64,000 bases of DNA from Nemertoderma westbladi (taxonomy: Eukaryota > Animalia > Xenacoelomorpha): positions 1-64,000 of the forward strand of contig JAUCBJ010003170.1 of NCBI GenBank assembly GCA_032718475.1. The letters are read 5' to 3'. Below the pieces are notes generated by a model that saw only the letters and a list, made by a program, of their open reading frames with translations, was not told the origin of the DNA and did not search any database. Shown here piece by piece: positions 23,118 to 35,645 of this stretch. A program made the translations under genes and the position numbers. How positions within the stretch are numbered: the stretch's first letter is position 1; each line of letters starts with the position of its first letter.

Positions 23118-24560
23118 TTAAGAAGATTTATTTAAACTTATCATAGCTACCGAATTATTCATGTACAATTTCCCGTCATCCTTTAACGTGCTGCATTCGT
23201 CACCTGTAATCATTGCCACTACCCTATCTCTGATGGTAATCGGTGCGTTTTCGAGAAAACGATTGTAATCTGTAATAAAGTCAACAATAAGTCCCTTCCG
23301 ATGTTTCGTTACTACATCAACGTCATCACCTTCGCAGTCACTAATATCAAGATAACATTCTTTATGGTCTATTGTGTATTGACAACCGGGAATTTCTTTC
23401 AGTTTCTCCTCAACATCCGTAGACGTGATGTTTGTGCGGAAACAACTTTTGTCCATCGATTTCCACAGTTTGTGGTATCCACTTTTGGAAGAAACTACAA
23501 CGATATTGAACATCGCATTGCGATGTTTAGATCTCAGGTTTAGCATTTCTTTAATGGTGGTTGTTAATTCGTCTTTCTTTATATAGTAAAGAACCTGCAC
23601 TGCAGCTACTATATCGAACTTGGTGTTTTTTACACCCTCCTTGGTTAAATATTCTTGCAATGTCATTTCTTGAAAATTTACAGTTAATTTTCCTTTTTCT
23701 CGTTTAGCAAGCCTTTCCTGTGAATAAAATAATGGGTACATAAAGTAGATGAGTCGATATCATCCTATTTTACAACCATTTGTTATGTAATCATATAAAG
23801 TGCTACATTACACGACCTTCGCTACACCACACGACGGTTATATTGAAAAATATCGAGACATGAAAAATATCGAAAGTAAAAATATCGAGTGTTGAAAAAT
23901 AACGATAATATCGAGAGTTCAAAAAATCCCGATATTTTTCACCATTACCCACACGACACTCTAAGTATAAAGTTAATAACACACTCATTTAAATAATGTT
24001 GCTTTCCTTATACAATCCCAGCTGATGTTGACTCGGTTCCACAGCCGTTACTTCCACATTAACACCCTTGTGTACACGTTGTATTACATCAACCATCTGT
24101 AGGTCAATGTCTCCATCTCCACTCCCAAAAGACACCATCTTTAAAATATTATCGTTACCCAATTTAATATGTTGACATTCTTCTTCAAATTCTAGTTTAA
24201 ATAGAATATAATATTTTAATTAAATAACAGGGTAAGGTATGTACTAAGTTCCTGTGTCAGTTTACACGTTACAGTTTAATTTCTACAGACTTCAATAAGA
24301 GAGGACTTAGACAACACATTGCATATATAAAATATTTAATATAAAATGTGAAAAAATAACAGCAAAATTAAATAAGATAACTCAACTAAACTAAAATTAA
24401 TGTAATGTTTTGTTGCGGCTACAGGTCGTTTAGTTAGTTACTTGTATTACCCACCTTGATTAATCCATTTCTCTAAAACCAGTTTGTCGTCGGAAAGTTG
24501 TAAAAATAATTCAAAAGCTTCCATATACCTATCCTCGTCCGATGATAAATTTTCCATCAT
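23118..24560 (-). CDS. Histamine N-methyltransferase-like protein, copy B (3 exons, about 296 aa), nested same-strand in the ferritin intron
   Basis: Exons 24560-24455, 24191-24007, 23717-23118; same structure and motifs as copy A. Intron 2 donor appears non-canonical (GAAAGC). Confidence 0.85.
23836..23949. mobile_element. Short (114-bp) version of the foldback-like element at the same site in copy B intron 2
   Basis: Same termini and same CACACGAC duplication (23828-35, 23950-57) as 12355-13352. Confidence 0.8.
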
Positions 24561-26029
24561 AATTAATTTAACATTGACATTAACTTACAGAAATATGCAA
24601 ACAAAGTTTAAGATAAGATAAACTCAGTAGAGGGGACCCAGGATCCAAGTTTCGCATACTAAACCTAATTCAATTAATATAAATTTAATTAGGACACCCC
24701 AATAATAAAATGAATAGTTTCAAATATGGACTACTGCACTTCACAACAAACAATAACGCATATTAAAGTACGCTTAAATACATAAGGTAATATACACAAA
24801 AGAGATTGTACCTTTTGGACCAGTTACGTGTTAAGTTAACATAAGGTAATTAGAAATGCAAACATATATAAAATGGCGTATAATATATATAAGTAATTAA
24901 TTATTATTGCTATCTGGTATCAGAATTGTAATGTATGTGTACGGTGAAGGTAGCGGAAGTGGAGTAAATTCAATAGTAAATGTCTGGCAACTACTCTGTC
25001 AGTTAAAGACGATTAATGAAATCACGCACTAAATTAATGAGAATGATATTGAAAGTCCGTTGTAACTGTCTGTATGGATAGCTCGCTGAGCGAAACGCAA
25101 GCACAACTCTCTGTTAGAATAGTTGTAGTTTATCATTACAAACATCGATAGAATACCTACCGTTCGTCTCGCTTATTCATACGTTACGCTCCGACCAACA
25201 TGGTTAGGAGTCATGGAGTTACAGTAGTTAGCTCCTAGGAGATACCGAAATTCAGTTGTTAAGTTTCCTTCGTGTAAATGAGAATTCTCCTGAGCAGGCC
25301 GCGAAACATGATGACGATGTTTGCGCCGATTTTACCCTGAAGATGGATGAATTTTTAGTGCGACAAGATCCCCCCTCCTATCTGTTATATTAATTATATC
25401 GTCCGTTGCCACAACCCGTGGCTGAGAGGTAAACGAACGCCACAGACGTCTCCGACGAGGATCCGTTGTTAGATCGGTGGATCTCCACACTGTCGGCGAC
25501 GACGGAGAGGCGCCGAGTAGTTGCCGCGACCACAAGAACGGAGATCCACTCCACCAGCTATCTCGTGGGGTTGTGTTACCTAGTCCAACTCGGCTTCACT
25601 AGACGCTGACACCAGATACCACAGGGTAGGCCTACCTAAAGGCGATGGGTAACCGTAACCGATTCCACTCCGTAGGTGATGAACCATTGGTTCTTCCTCC
25701 AATGCTTTATATTGTCATCCGGATAGACAACAGTGCATCCATCCTCGGGATCCAACATCTCATCTCTTCTAAAGGACTTCGATTTCCTCTCACATCCGCC
25801 CCATGTCTAATATTGGTTAGACTGTCTAAACTATTTTAATTTTATGCAGTTAGCTTGCAGTTTATATTTACTTAAAATAGTATTATTTGTTGTATTAAGG
25901 GAGATGGTGGTGTAATGGATGTTAATGTTTGACATTTTAATGTTTAATAAATCAAGCCTTTATTTTAATTAAATAATCCCATTTTCTAATTGAAATCTGA
26001 ATTTTCTAATTCATCTAGAATTGATGAGC

Positions 26030-28830
26030 CGAATTGTTACTCGCACCATGTACTATTGTCTGTTTCATTTTCATTTTCATTGAAAGTACCAACAAACTGT
26101 GAGCGAGTACAGTACAGGATATGTATGTACACAATCCAATATTCCAAAACCAGGCGAGCATACTGCTTTGAAACCGAGAGTTTTCTAGCCATCAGGTAAT
26201 TCTGAATGTGCACGTAGGTTTAAAATCAATTTGCAGACTGACTTCTTTATGGAAACATTCGATGATGTTTACGAATTGTTAACTTGTAGTGAAATGAGTC
26301 CTAGTAGCATTGATTGTGCCGTGGAAAAATTTACTAATGTACTATATGATTGTGCAATTTCTAGTGTGCCTGAAAAATGTAAAGCGCCGGGAAACAATAA
26401 CTTTAATCCAGTTCCTAAAAGTGGAGCGGTTTGGTTTGATTTTGACTGTGAGGCAGCAAAATTATCGTTTAATCACGATTTAAATTTCTGGCGAAACAAT
26501 AGGACACCTGACAGCCTATTAAATGTTCAGGCAAATCGTAAACATTACCGCAAGGTGTTACGTCGAGCTGTTCGTGCAAGGTGTTCGTGGTTTAATTTCA
26601 ATAAACAAGAGTCATAAAAATTATTATATCTAAATAAAAATAATCCCAAAGATTTTTGGCGCAAGTTGAAAAGGTGCTGTAACAAGAATAGAATTGGGCC
26701 TGATAGCCCAAATTTGGACCAGTTTGAGAAATATTTTCGTGACTTGTCTTGTGGCGAAGGTTCTTTCGAAGATATGGGTGGCAGTAGTGCATCCACTTTT
26801 AATGTTGAACTTAGTAAGGAATGTTTTGAAGTACATTTAGGTATCCCCTTTAAGGTGGACGAAGTAGCTGCTGCAATTTTGGCTTTAAAAAGGGGCAAAG
26901 CCTCAGGACAGGACCTGCTTATTAATGCATTTTTCATCGAAGGTGCCACCGAGTTGACGCCGATAATTACATGCATTTTTAATGCGATATTTTACAAAGG
27001 ATATTTCCCACAGGCCTGGGCCATTGGATTGTTAATACCCTTGTATAAAAGGAAAGGCAGCGCTGCGGAAGCCTCTAACTATCGTGGTATTACATTGCTA
27101 AGCACATCTGGGTAAATTATTAACTTCATTAATTAATATCCGTTTATATTGGTGGGTAGATTGTTTTGGTGCTATAACGGGGCCCCAGGCGGGTTTCCGA
27201 CCTGGATATTCTACTGTAGACCATATATTTACGTTAAATTCCTTAATCGAGCATTTTTAATATGGTAATAACTCAAAACGTAGACTATTTTGTGCTTTTA
27301 TTGATTTTCGAAAGGCGTTCGACAAAGTAGATAGAACAGCTCTTTGGACTAAATTAATAAATTTAGGTTTTTGTGGAAAAATTTTAACTGTCATCAAGAG
27401 TCTTTATAGTAATATTAGGTCTAAGGTAATTTATAATGATGAGATATCAGCCGAATTTTCGTGCTTATTAGGTGTATTACAATACAAGGTGAAAGCCTCT
27501 CCTCTTTACTTTTTGCACTGTTTATCAATGATCTGGAATCCGAATTGAGATTAGGTGGGGTTAATGGTATTAGTTTCGGTTATATTCAATTATTTTTGCT
27601 GTTATACGCAGATGACATTGTACTAATATCTGATTCTCAAGGTGGATTACAAGCCTCTTTAGATATACTTCATTCGTACTGTAGGTACTGGCATATGGAT
27701 GTAAACCTTGATAAATCAGAAATTGTTGTTTTCAGAAAGGAAGGACCCCTACCTAATAGTTGCAAATGGGTATTTGGAGGGGTAAATCTAAAAGTACTGT
27801 AGTTAGTAGCTACGTGTACTGTACGTAGGGTTAACATTTAGTTGTAGCGGTAAATTTAATGCTGCTCAGTCACTACTACAGTACTAGCCGACAAGGCAAA
27901 CACAAAGCCTTCTTCTCACTGCGTCGTAATTTTGTGCATTTTCCTAACCTTCCTTATTCTACCTGTTGTTTTTTATTTTATACTTTAATTAAACCCTTCT
28001 AATGTACGGTGCTGAAGTGTGGGGACACCACACTGCAATAGAAGTGGAACGCACTCAACTGAAGTTTTTAAAAAATTTTCTTGGTGTAAAAATGTCTATT
28101 CCAAATTTTGCAGTTTACGGCGAGACCGGTTCGTTTCCATTATCTATTGACAGAAAATTAAGAATGATAAAATATTGGTTAAAGGTACTGAATATGAATA
28201 GCGATAGATTACCGAAAGTTGCATAAACTGTTTTGTACAATGACCTGTCAATCAACAATCTAGTTAAAAATTGGGTGTCAAATATTCGTGATATTTTATA
28301 CACCACTGGTTATAACTACTATGTGTGGGATCAGCAATCAGTTGATGTGCCGGCAAGACATTTTATTTCGAAAATCAAATTGCGGCTACAGGACCAATAC
28401 AAACAATTGTGGTGGAGTGAAATTGGTATAGGTCGAAGGATTTTATTTCATATTTTGATGCAATACCGTACCTTGATACATTACGTAATCACATAATACT
28501 GCGCAAACGCATCTCACAGATTCGGTGCTCATCTCATCAGTTAGAAGTTGAGCGTGGTCGTTGGTACAATGTAGAACGCTCTAACCGATTTTGTCAAATG
28601 TGCAATAACGATAGTATAGAAGATGAGTTTCATTTCCTTTTATAATGCAGTGCTTACTCAGAGTTGAGAGTAAAATATCTTGGAAATTACTTCTCAAGGT
28701 ACCCCACCAAAATAAAATTATCCGAATTATATGCATGTTTATATAAAGAATCTGCTAAAATAATGGTGAATCTAGGCTTATTTATAATTTATGGTTTTTT
28801 GAGAAGAAACACTTTATTAATTAATTAAGT
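26030..28830 (+). mobile_element. Decayed non-LTR retrotransposon (LINE, RTE-X/CR1-like) reverse transcriptase, 5'-truncated
   Basis: Frameshifted pieces with GKASGQD, NYRGITLLS, QAGFRPGYSTVDHIF, FIDFRKAFDKV, QGESLSSLLFALFINDL, YADD, and C-terminal LEVERGRW...CQMC...EDEFHFL Cys/His motif; many stops. Confidence 0.9.
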
Positions 28831-30195
28831 GGTCGTTATAATTTTCAATTTCTAAATAATCGATATTATTATTATAATAATGGTTGAACAGTTTATTGTT
28901 TATATTTGCTCTGCTGGGCCATTCTGTTATATTATAATCCGGTAATTGTATTTAATAATGTATACATTCATGTCTAATTTAAGTACTGTATACTGGAGTT
29001 GTGCAATTTTAAGTGGACCCTTAATTGGGTATAGTTAATTGATTAAATATACTACTTAAAGCTAATAAGCGGTGAAAAAAAAAAGAAAAAAAAGAAAAAA
29101 AAATTGCACATTGAATACGAAATGTATATTAGTATCAGTATATTACAGTATCCATGTTCTAGCAGAATCTCGCACTTGATAAGATTACATACAGTTAACA
29201 TCTCTTAAAATCCTCTTATCATTTTAGAGCTAGATTAAAAGTGAAATAGTTACCTAATTGGTGCCCTTGATTGCATTAAACAATAAATAATTAATTATTG
29301 TTAGAGATGCCGGGTTGATGGGAAATTAAACCAAAGTCCTACATTATATATTTTGCGGATACACTACAACAGCTGCCAATACCAGTAGTATAGTATTATA
29401 AATTCATTGAACCACACGGCCACAATGAATATTGTAAATAAATTTAACAGAGGAGTTAGTTTATAAAACACCAGATGACATTGAAGTAAAAGCTTGAGGG
29501 GACATTAAATTAATGAATTACTTATTTAACTAAATATTAGGGGACATTAATCAATTAATTGTTTATGGAATTATTTATTAATGCATGCTGATGATTTTCA
29601 GTTACACCATATGTGTTTGTGCTAGCTCAAACGAATATTTGTTTAAGATGTAAAAATCATATTAAGTAAATAAATATATATTTATTTATTCAAGCTACGT
29701 AAGTTCCACTTTGGCGTAGAGGTTAAGTCCGTGCCGGGTGCCCTGAATTCACCAGATACAGGCAGAAAGTGATCAGGGGCCAAAACAAATGGGGGGTCTA
29801 AGTCAATTTGCACCGACTGAAAATTGAAATTGCACCGACTTAAATTGAAACGGTTCAACTGTGCATGTATTAGTAATAATTTATTATATTAACAAAATAT
29901 AATTATTTATTACATAGGAAAAGAGCAGCTTTTTTTCACTATTCTCGAGGCATTTTATTTACCGAGCGCAAGCGTGGTTAATAAAGGGACGAGATAATAT
30001 TGAAAAAAAATATTCTACTTTTTTTCCCATGTAATACGTAATTTTATTCTTAATTGGTACCGGTACTTTTTTTGTTACTTAATTCTTTAATAAACTATAG
30101 AGCGATATAGTGTTACAAAATAAATTGAAAGAACTGTAATATTTTAATATTGCTTCCATAGTTACTGCAATTCAAATTATTTCTTTAAAGTGTCT

Positions 30196-30450
30196 TCTAT
30201 TGGACGTTTCGCCATAATGGATTACAGTACACGTTAAACAATTATTTACATACAGTAGCTAATCCCGTCACTGCAAACTGGATAATAAACCAGCAATCAT
30301 TAATCTGGAATACGGTAATTGAAGTTGTTTCCATGTCGTTGATTACTTTGCAGCGTTCCGTCCTATAGGCCGCAACGCTGCAAAGTAGTACTTTGCAGCG
30401 TTACTAGTAATTCACCAGAACGCTGTTAAGTTGACATAATGTAACAAAAT
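30196..30450 (+). repeat. Dispersed repeat, second copy at about 59454-59740
   Basis: TCTATTGGAYGTTTCGCCATWATGGATTACAGTACA...GTTAAGTTGACATAATGTAACAAAAT shared between both loci. Confidence 0.75.
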
Positions 30451-33400
30451 ACTTCATATTGCTTCACAACCCACATTAAGTCTGTTTCAATATAGCTATC
30501 ATTGCTATCAATGATATATTTTAACATATCTACACGTTCAAGAATAATGTGACAACGTTTATAGAAAATGGAGGATTAAGAATGCTATCATAAAATTAAT
30601 TAATAGTTTTTCAAAACTTGAAGTAGGTCATTCATTTACCAAAGTTGGTTAGCTATAAAGCCAACGTTTTTATTCTAGAACACCTTTGAGTTATTTTTAG
30701 ATTGTTCTAGGTAGTTGTGTTCCATAGTGGCTTTAGCTATAAGTAGAAACAATCCCCATGTATTTAATAAACATTCTGAAGATTTAAAAAATCTATAACT
30801 ATCTCATAATTTAAGCAAGAGGTCTAACTGGAGCAATATCGATGGAGACACCTTTTATAAACACTTAAACACTAAAAAATCAGAGCAAATATAAAAGTTC
30901 TGATTCACCCACCCACGAGGAGTTGCGTGAAACTATCTCTGTTTCAAATTTCATGCAATCTCATTAAGATTTGTAGAGGCATGACCTACCATAGATACGA
31001 CCCGCCAAGCTGCTGCAAAGCCCCAAAATTTAGTGGGCCAGTTATTTATCTTAGATACAACCCCTGAAACAATGAGACAGGGGGGGGGGGGACTGGACGC
31101 AAAACCCGCCTTGGCGAATTAATATCCCGCCTCAATGTTAAATTCCCAATTTAGGGAAAGGAGCAGGTTACAGTGGCACGTTATTTTAACCAAAACAATA
31201 AACTAAGCAAAATAGAACAGGTTACAGTTTTATTTGAGAATAATCAGCTGTTATTTGCGTCGAATTTCCCCTGGAGAGGGATGGATTTTTATTGCGTCCA
31301 GTTTCCCCCCCTATCTGGAAACAATAGGTCTAGCGCGTCGAAAGTATCTTGTCCCTAACTAAAATTATGTCCTCTTTCAAAAGAGACAAATAAAAATTTA
31401 ATAGCTCCAGTAGTTTTCGAGATATAAGGAGTTCCTGGCACCCATACCATATCAGCACTTTTCGGAATTGATAAAATTACTCAAAATACAAGCATCACCC
31501 TTCAAGACTTTGGTATAACCATTAAACCATATTATGCTTTTTTGGTTAGTCGAATTAATTATTAGTAATCGAAAGCGAAATTAGAATACAATCTACATTG
31601 TTTATTTTATAATAGACACTAAAAGAGCACCAAAATTACAAGTAGCTCGAAATTTTCAAATAGCCAAAAGTGGTCATTTGGCCGTATAGTTTGGCTACTG
31701 AGGTTGTATAATGTGCTCATTTCATTGGTAAGGTTTATAAAATTGTGGTATTTTCAATAATGGCCAATGTTTCAGTCGAAAATTCTAAGTGCCAACCTGT
31801 GCACTTCTATTTCAGTACAGCAGTACTCTGGTACTGGTGCGGCAATGTAGTGAATTATTCAGTATGTGGTATTTGCATTGCACTACTGCGTTAGGCATTA
31901 CATTACTGCTGATAGTGCTGACTGCGTTATGCTGTTACTGCTTTGGGCATCAATGCCTTATTTTATCACATTACCTGATGACCTGTATTTATTTGACTAT
32001 TTATTATCACCTCTCTCTACACGGGTCTCCCTCAATGGGGGGAGACTTGACACCTAGGGTGGGAGACTTGAACTCCACCTCACATTCTTGTAAATTCGTT
32101 CAAAAATGCTGAAGAAGTGTAATAATTACATGTTCAACATGTCTATTTTATAGTAGAGCAGCAAAAATGCAAAAAATACGATTATTAATTTGTTAAATTA
32201 TTATCCCAAATTTTGTACAAATTTAGGTGGTCGTTCACATGGTTCTCCCAACAAGAACTGAATAAATAATAGTTCATTAAAACCGCAATAAAATTTAACG
32301 CGGGAAGGTACATTTTAATAATGAATGTCTTGTATAATTTTCAATGCAGGCACATATTAATTGTTTTCCTGTAATTCTATTGATGTGTGCCGCTTTCTGA
32401 CGAAATGGCATCTTGTTTAAGCTGTCAATCACCCAGTTGGCGGGCTACTAACTACATTGCAAAGAGGGAAGGAAGAGTTGGTTGGCTTGGCTGGGTTTAT
32501 CAAGGCCTCTCTCTCTCTCTCTCTCTGGCCACTCCATTGTATTCACATTCCATTGATAGGTTGGTCTGTGTAAGTGCCAATCAACTAGTTGGAGTGCTCT
32601 GGTGTAACGTGGCTGTATCTCTAGGTAGAGGTCAGCATTGAAATCTTCAAGTCTCCCTCACACTCGGGCGTCATGTCTCCCCACATGGGCTTTTTTTATA
32701 TTAATTGATATAATTTCAAAACGGCTGAACCAAAACTGGAAAACAATATATGGCAGGAGAGTGCAATAATTAGTCAACACATGTTGTGAATTACAATTAA
32801 CATACAGTAAAATAAGGATGCGAATTTTCATTCGTTGTAAAGGGCAAAAATTTACTTTTGAACCCAGAAAACGTTTATTGAACGTTTATTTTATAGCTAA
32901 AAGGTAATAAAACATTGTTGCGCGGGTGTAGCCTACATGTATTTTACACATTTTTGTGTGGTATTGTTAAATAATTTACAATAGTTTTTGAGTTATTAAA
33001 AAAAATCAAGTCTCCCTCACTCACCCTGTACATTGTATCGTTTAACTGTCAGAGCTAGTAATCATCTGTTTTTTGCGTACAATTTCCCCTGGAGAGGGAT
33101 GAAATTTTAATGCGTCCAGTTTCCCCCCCTATCTGCTATTTTCACTTGCGCTCAATGTGCGCCACTATCTAATTATTGATGTAGTAGGCCTAGCAACAGA
33201 CAGAATACGTAGTGAATTGAAATTGGGCAAGTGACTTATTTTGTAAGTCGAGTACTGAGCAAGTGACCTATTGGTAAAGTGACCTACTTTCGGTTAAAAA
33301 TGAAATATATAGGGCAAGTGACCAAAAATATTTTTTTAATTTGAAAGTGACATATTGGGGAAGTGACTGCATACCATTGTATCAAACATATTTTTTTTAA

Positions 33401-33491
33401 TTAAATAAAAACACGAATGAACTGTTGCAATTTTTAATAAATGTGAATTTTGGAAAATTATGTTAATGTATGAATAGCTACGCAATATACA

Positions 33492-34980
33492 TTGTGGGGC
33501 GAGCCACGAAGTGAGCGAAGTCTTAGCATATGGGTGCCATTGGCGAGTTGTCTGTCGTCGTCGTCGTAAATTTTTGATCGCTAATAACTCGGTTATTCCT
33601 TGATGAAATTAAAGGAAACTTGATATGTATGTAGTCCGGCAAAAGTTAGAAAGAATCTCAAGTTTGGTCAAAAACGAACGAACGCAACGAGTTTACAGTG
33701 GATACGAGTTTTCAGCTGCCATAAATCAGCAGTTACTCTCACAGTTTCGAGACTATGCACAGTTATAAAGTTATTTATATATATTAATTATTTTAAGACA
33801 AAACAGGACGAGCGCAACGAGGCTAATGAAGGAAAAGAGTATTGTAAAACTAAAATTGTCATACTTAACTTAAATAGCCCTAGTTAGAAGGTTTACAAAT
33901 TACAGTTAAAGTGTGTAAGGGCAAACTGATCTTTATTTTTACAACTAGATTATCACAAACTGATAGCAACGCCTTCACTCATATATATTTTAGGAAAGAC
34001 AGTTTTCGTATATCTAATAGAGGATTAGTATAATGTACCTTCTAATATAGGCTCTCGTGCTGCCCGAAGGCCCCACGAACGTGTATAGGTATAGGCATAC
34101 CGCTATTATGCCGACCTACTCATAAAATAAATATAAATAAGACCTTCCAGTATTTATTAAATATAATAAATTTCCTACAGCGAACGATTATTCCTCCTAT
34201 CCTTGAACGCCAATATCTCAGATAAAGTTTCTCAACGAAATTCAGATAATGTGTTGCTATGAAGGAACGAATTTAAAATAAAGTAAAAAAAAGTAAAATA
34301 ATATTTTCTTCGGCCGCTAGGCCAGGGATTAGAAGTCTGACGACTTATTTCCAGTGCGGTCCCCCCCCCCAGAACTTTACTCCCCAGAGGAAACTCCAGT
34401 ACTCATTTAGCTACCACTTAAAGATGCAAGGCATATGCGCCCTGGCTGGTCCCTTTACAGCATTCGTGCCGAAACGAAAACTGCCCTGGCCCAAGTGAGG
34501 ATCGAACCCACGACCTACATGAGATGTGAATTCAATGCAACCACTACACCAAGGTGGAATCCAAGGATGGAACAAAATCGAACTTGTAGTAATTTTCACA
34601 AAATTCCCCGTGTCTAACCTTTGAGTAAAACCACTATAATTATAGAACGCCTTGGGCCAGCCGCCAATTATACACGTTCGTGAGGCCTTCGCGCAGCACG
34701 AAATGTGCATAGCCTTTAGCATATGGGTACCATTAACGAGTTGTCTTCCGTTAGTCAGAAGCCTTCAACACAATACTCGTCCTCCTCTTGTGCCTCGTTG
34801 CGTGCCTTCGTTTTTGACCAAACTTCAGATTCTTTCTAAACTTTTCCGGACTACATACATACCAAGTTTCGTCAAGGAATAACCGAGTTATTAGCGATCA
34901 AAAATTTACGACGACGACAGACAACTCGCCAATGGCACCCATATGCTAAGGCTTCGCTCACTTCGTGGCTAGCCCCACAA
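33492..34980. mobile_element. Two oppositely oriented copies of a DINE/Helentron-like interspersed element (about 33492-34100 +, about 34665-34980 -) bracketing a SINE
   Basis: 33492-33678 is the approximate reverse complement of 34807-34980, including a (GTC)n microsatellite and AATAACTCGGTTATT; 34054-34086 matches 34670-34700 inverted. Family assignment is inference from architecture. Confidence 0.55.
34280..34556 (-). mobile_element. tRNA-derived SINE, full-length copy
   Basis: Head with A box TGGTGTAGTGG and B box GGTTCGATCC (34499-34508), about 200-bp body and simple-repeat tail; homologous copies at 21273-21447 and 47470-47606. Confidence 0.8.
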
Positions 34981-35315
34981 GTATCCTCACTGATTAGGGT
35001 GTACATTCCTTACCAAACGCGGACTCAGACCCGGGGGTGTTGGCGCGGTTCGGCAGGGAGGGGTAGTACAGTAGTATGCTCCATACACCACAGAGACTGT
35101 TTCTGTGTTGGGGTTGGCAAAGTACAATTTTCATTTTAAGTTTCCCTCTTACATTTGTTGCCTAGTAACGTCAGCTGCTGGTGGTTATTGTTTAACATTA
35201 TCTGAATTTTGTAAGTTTTTATTATCTATGTAAGTAAATGAGATTTATGAGGTTAAAAAACATTCCTTACCCCTTGCTTACCACATGCATAGGCCTACAG
35301 TAGATTTTCAAATAC

Positions 35316-35645
35316 CTCTATATCCTGCAGTACTATATCCCCTCCTCGTACGTTCATATACGTCATTAGCTTGTCTGATGATTTGCGCTCTTCTTGGCTG
35401 AGCATCCCAAAGAACTTACTGAATCCCCGGAGGGCCACATCGTGTCGATCAAAATAGAACGCCATGAACTGGAAGGTGTAACCAACGTGTAACTGAAGAT
35501 TAACAAGTTTATTGAATGCCACTTCTGTTTCCTCATTGAAGTTTTGGCGACATTTCGTTGGAACCACTACTTCTATGTTTTGGGTACTGAAGTTTTGGCG
35601 ACATTTCGTTGGAACCGGTACATCTGTGTTTGGGCAAACACCCAC
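35316..35645 (-). CDS. Divergent ferritin-like protein, 5' exon (helices A-B); start codon unresolved
   Basis: CRQNFNEETEVAFNKLVNLQL...MAFYFDRHDVALRGFSKFF...EERKSSDKLMTYMNVRGGDIVLQDIE|GTATTT; intron at the conserved ferritin QDIx|KP position; intron 19731-35315 (15585 bp). Confidence 0.85.

Noticed and set aside
32017-33031. Possible TA-flanked Tc1/mariner-like element with GGGAGACTTGA / TCAAGTCTCCC subterminal motifs
   Set aside because: Inverted motifs are visible, but the extreme termini match poorly and no transposase remnant was seen, so boundaries could not be supported.
34480-34556. tRNA gene
   Set aside because: A and B boxes are present, but the head continues into a repeated body and tail found three times in the window, so it is a SINE.
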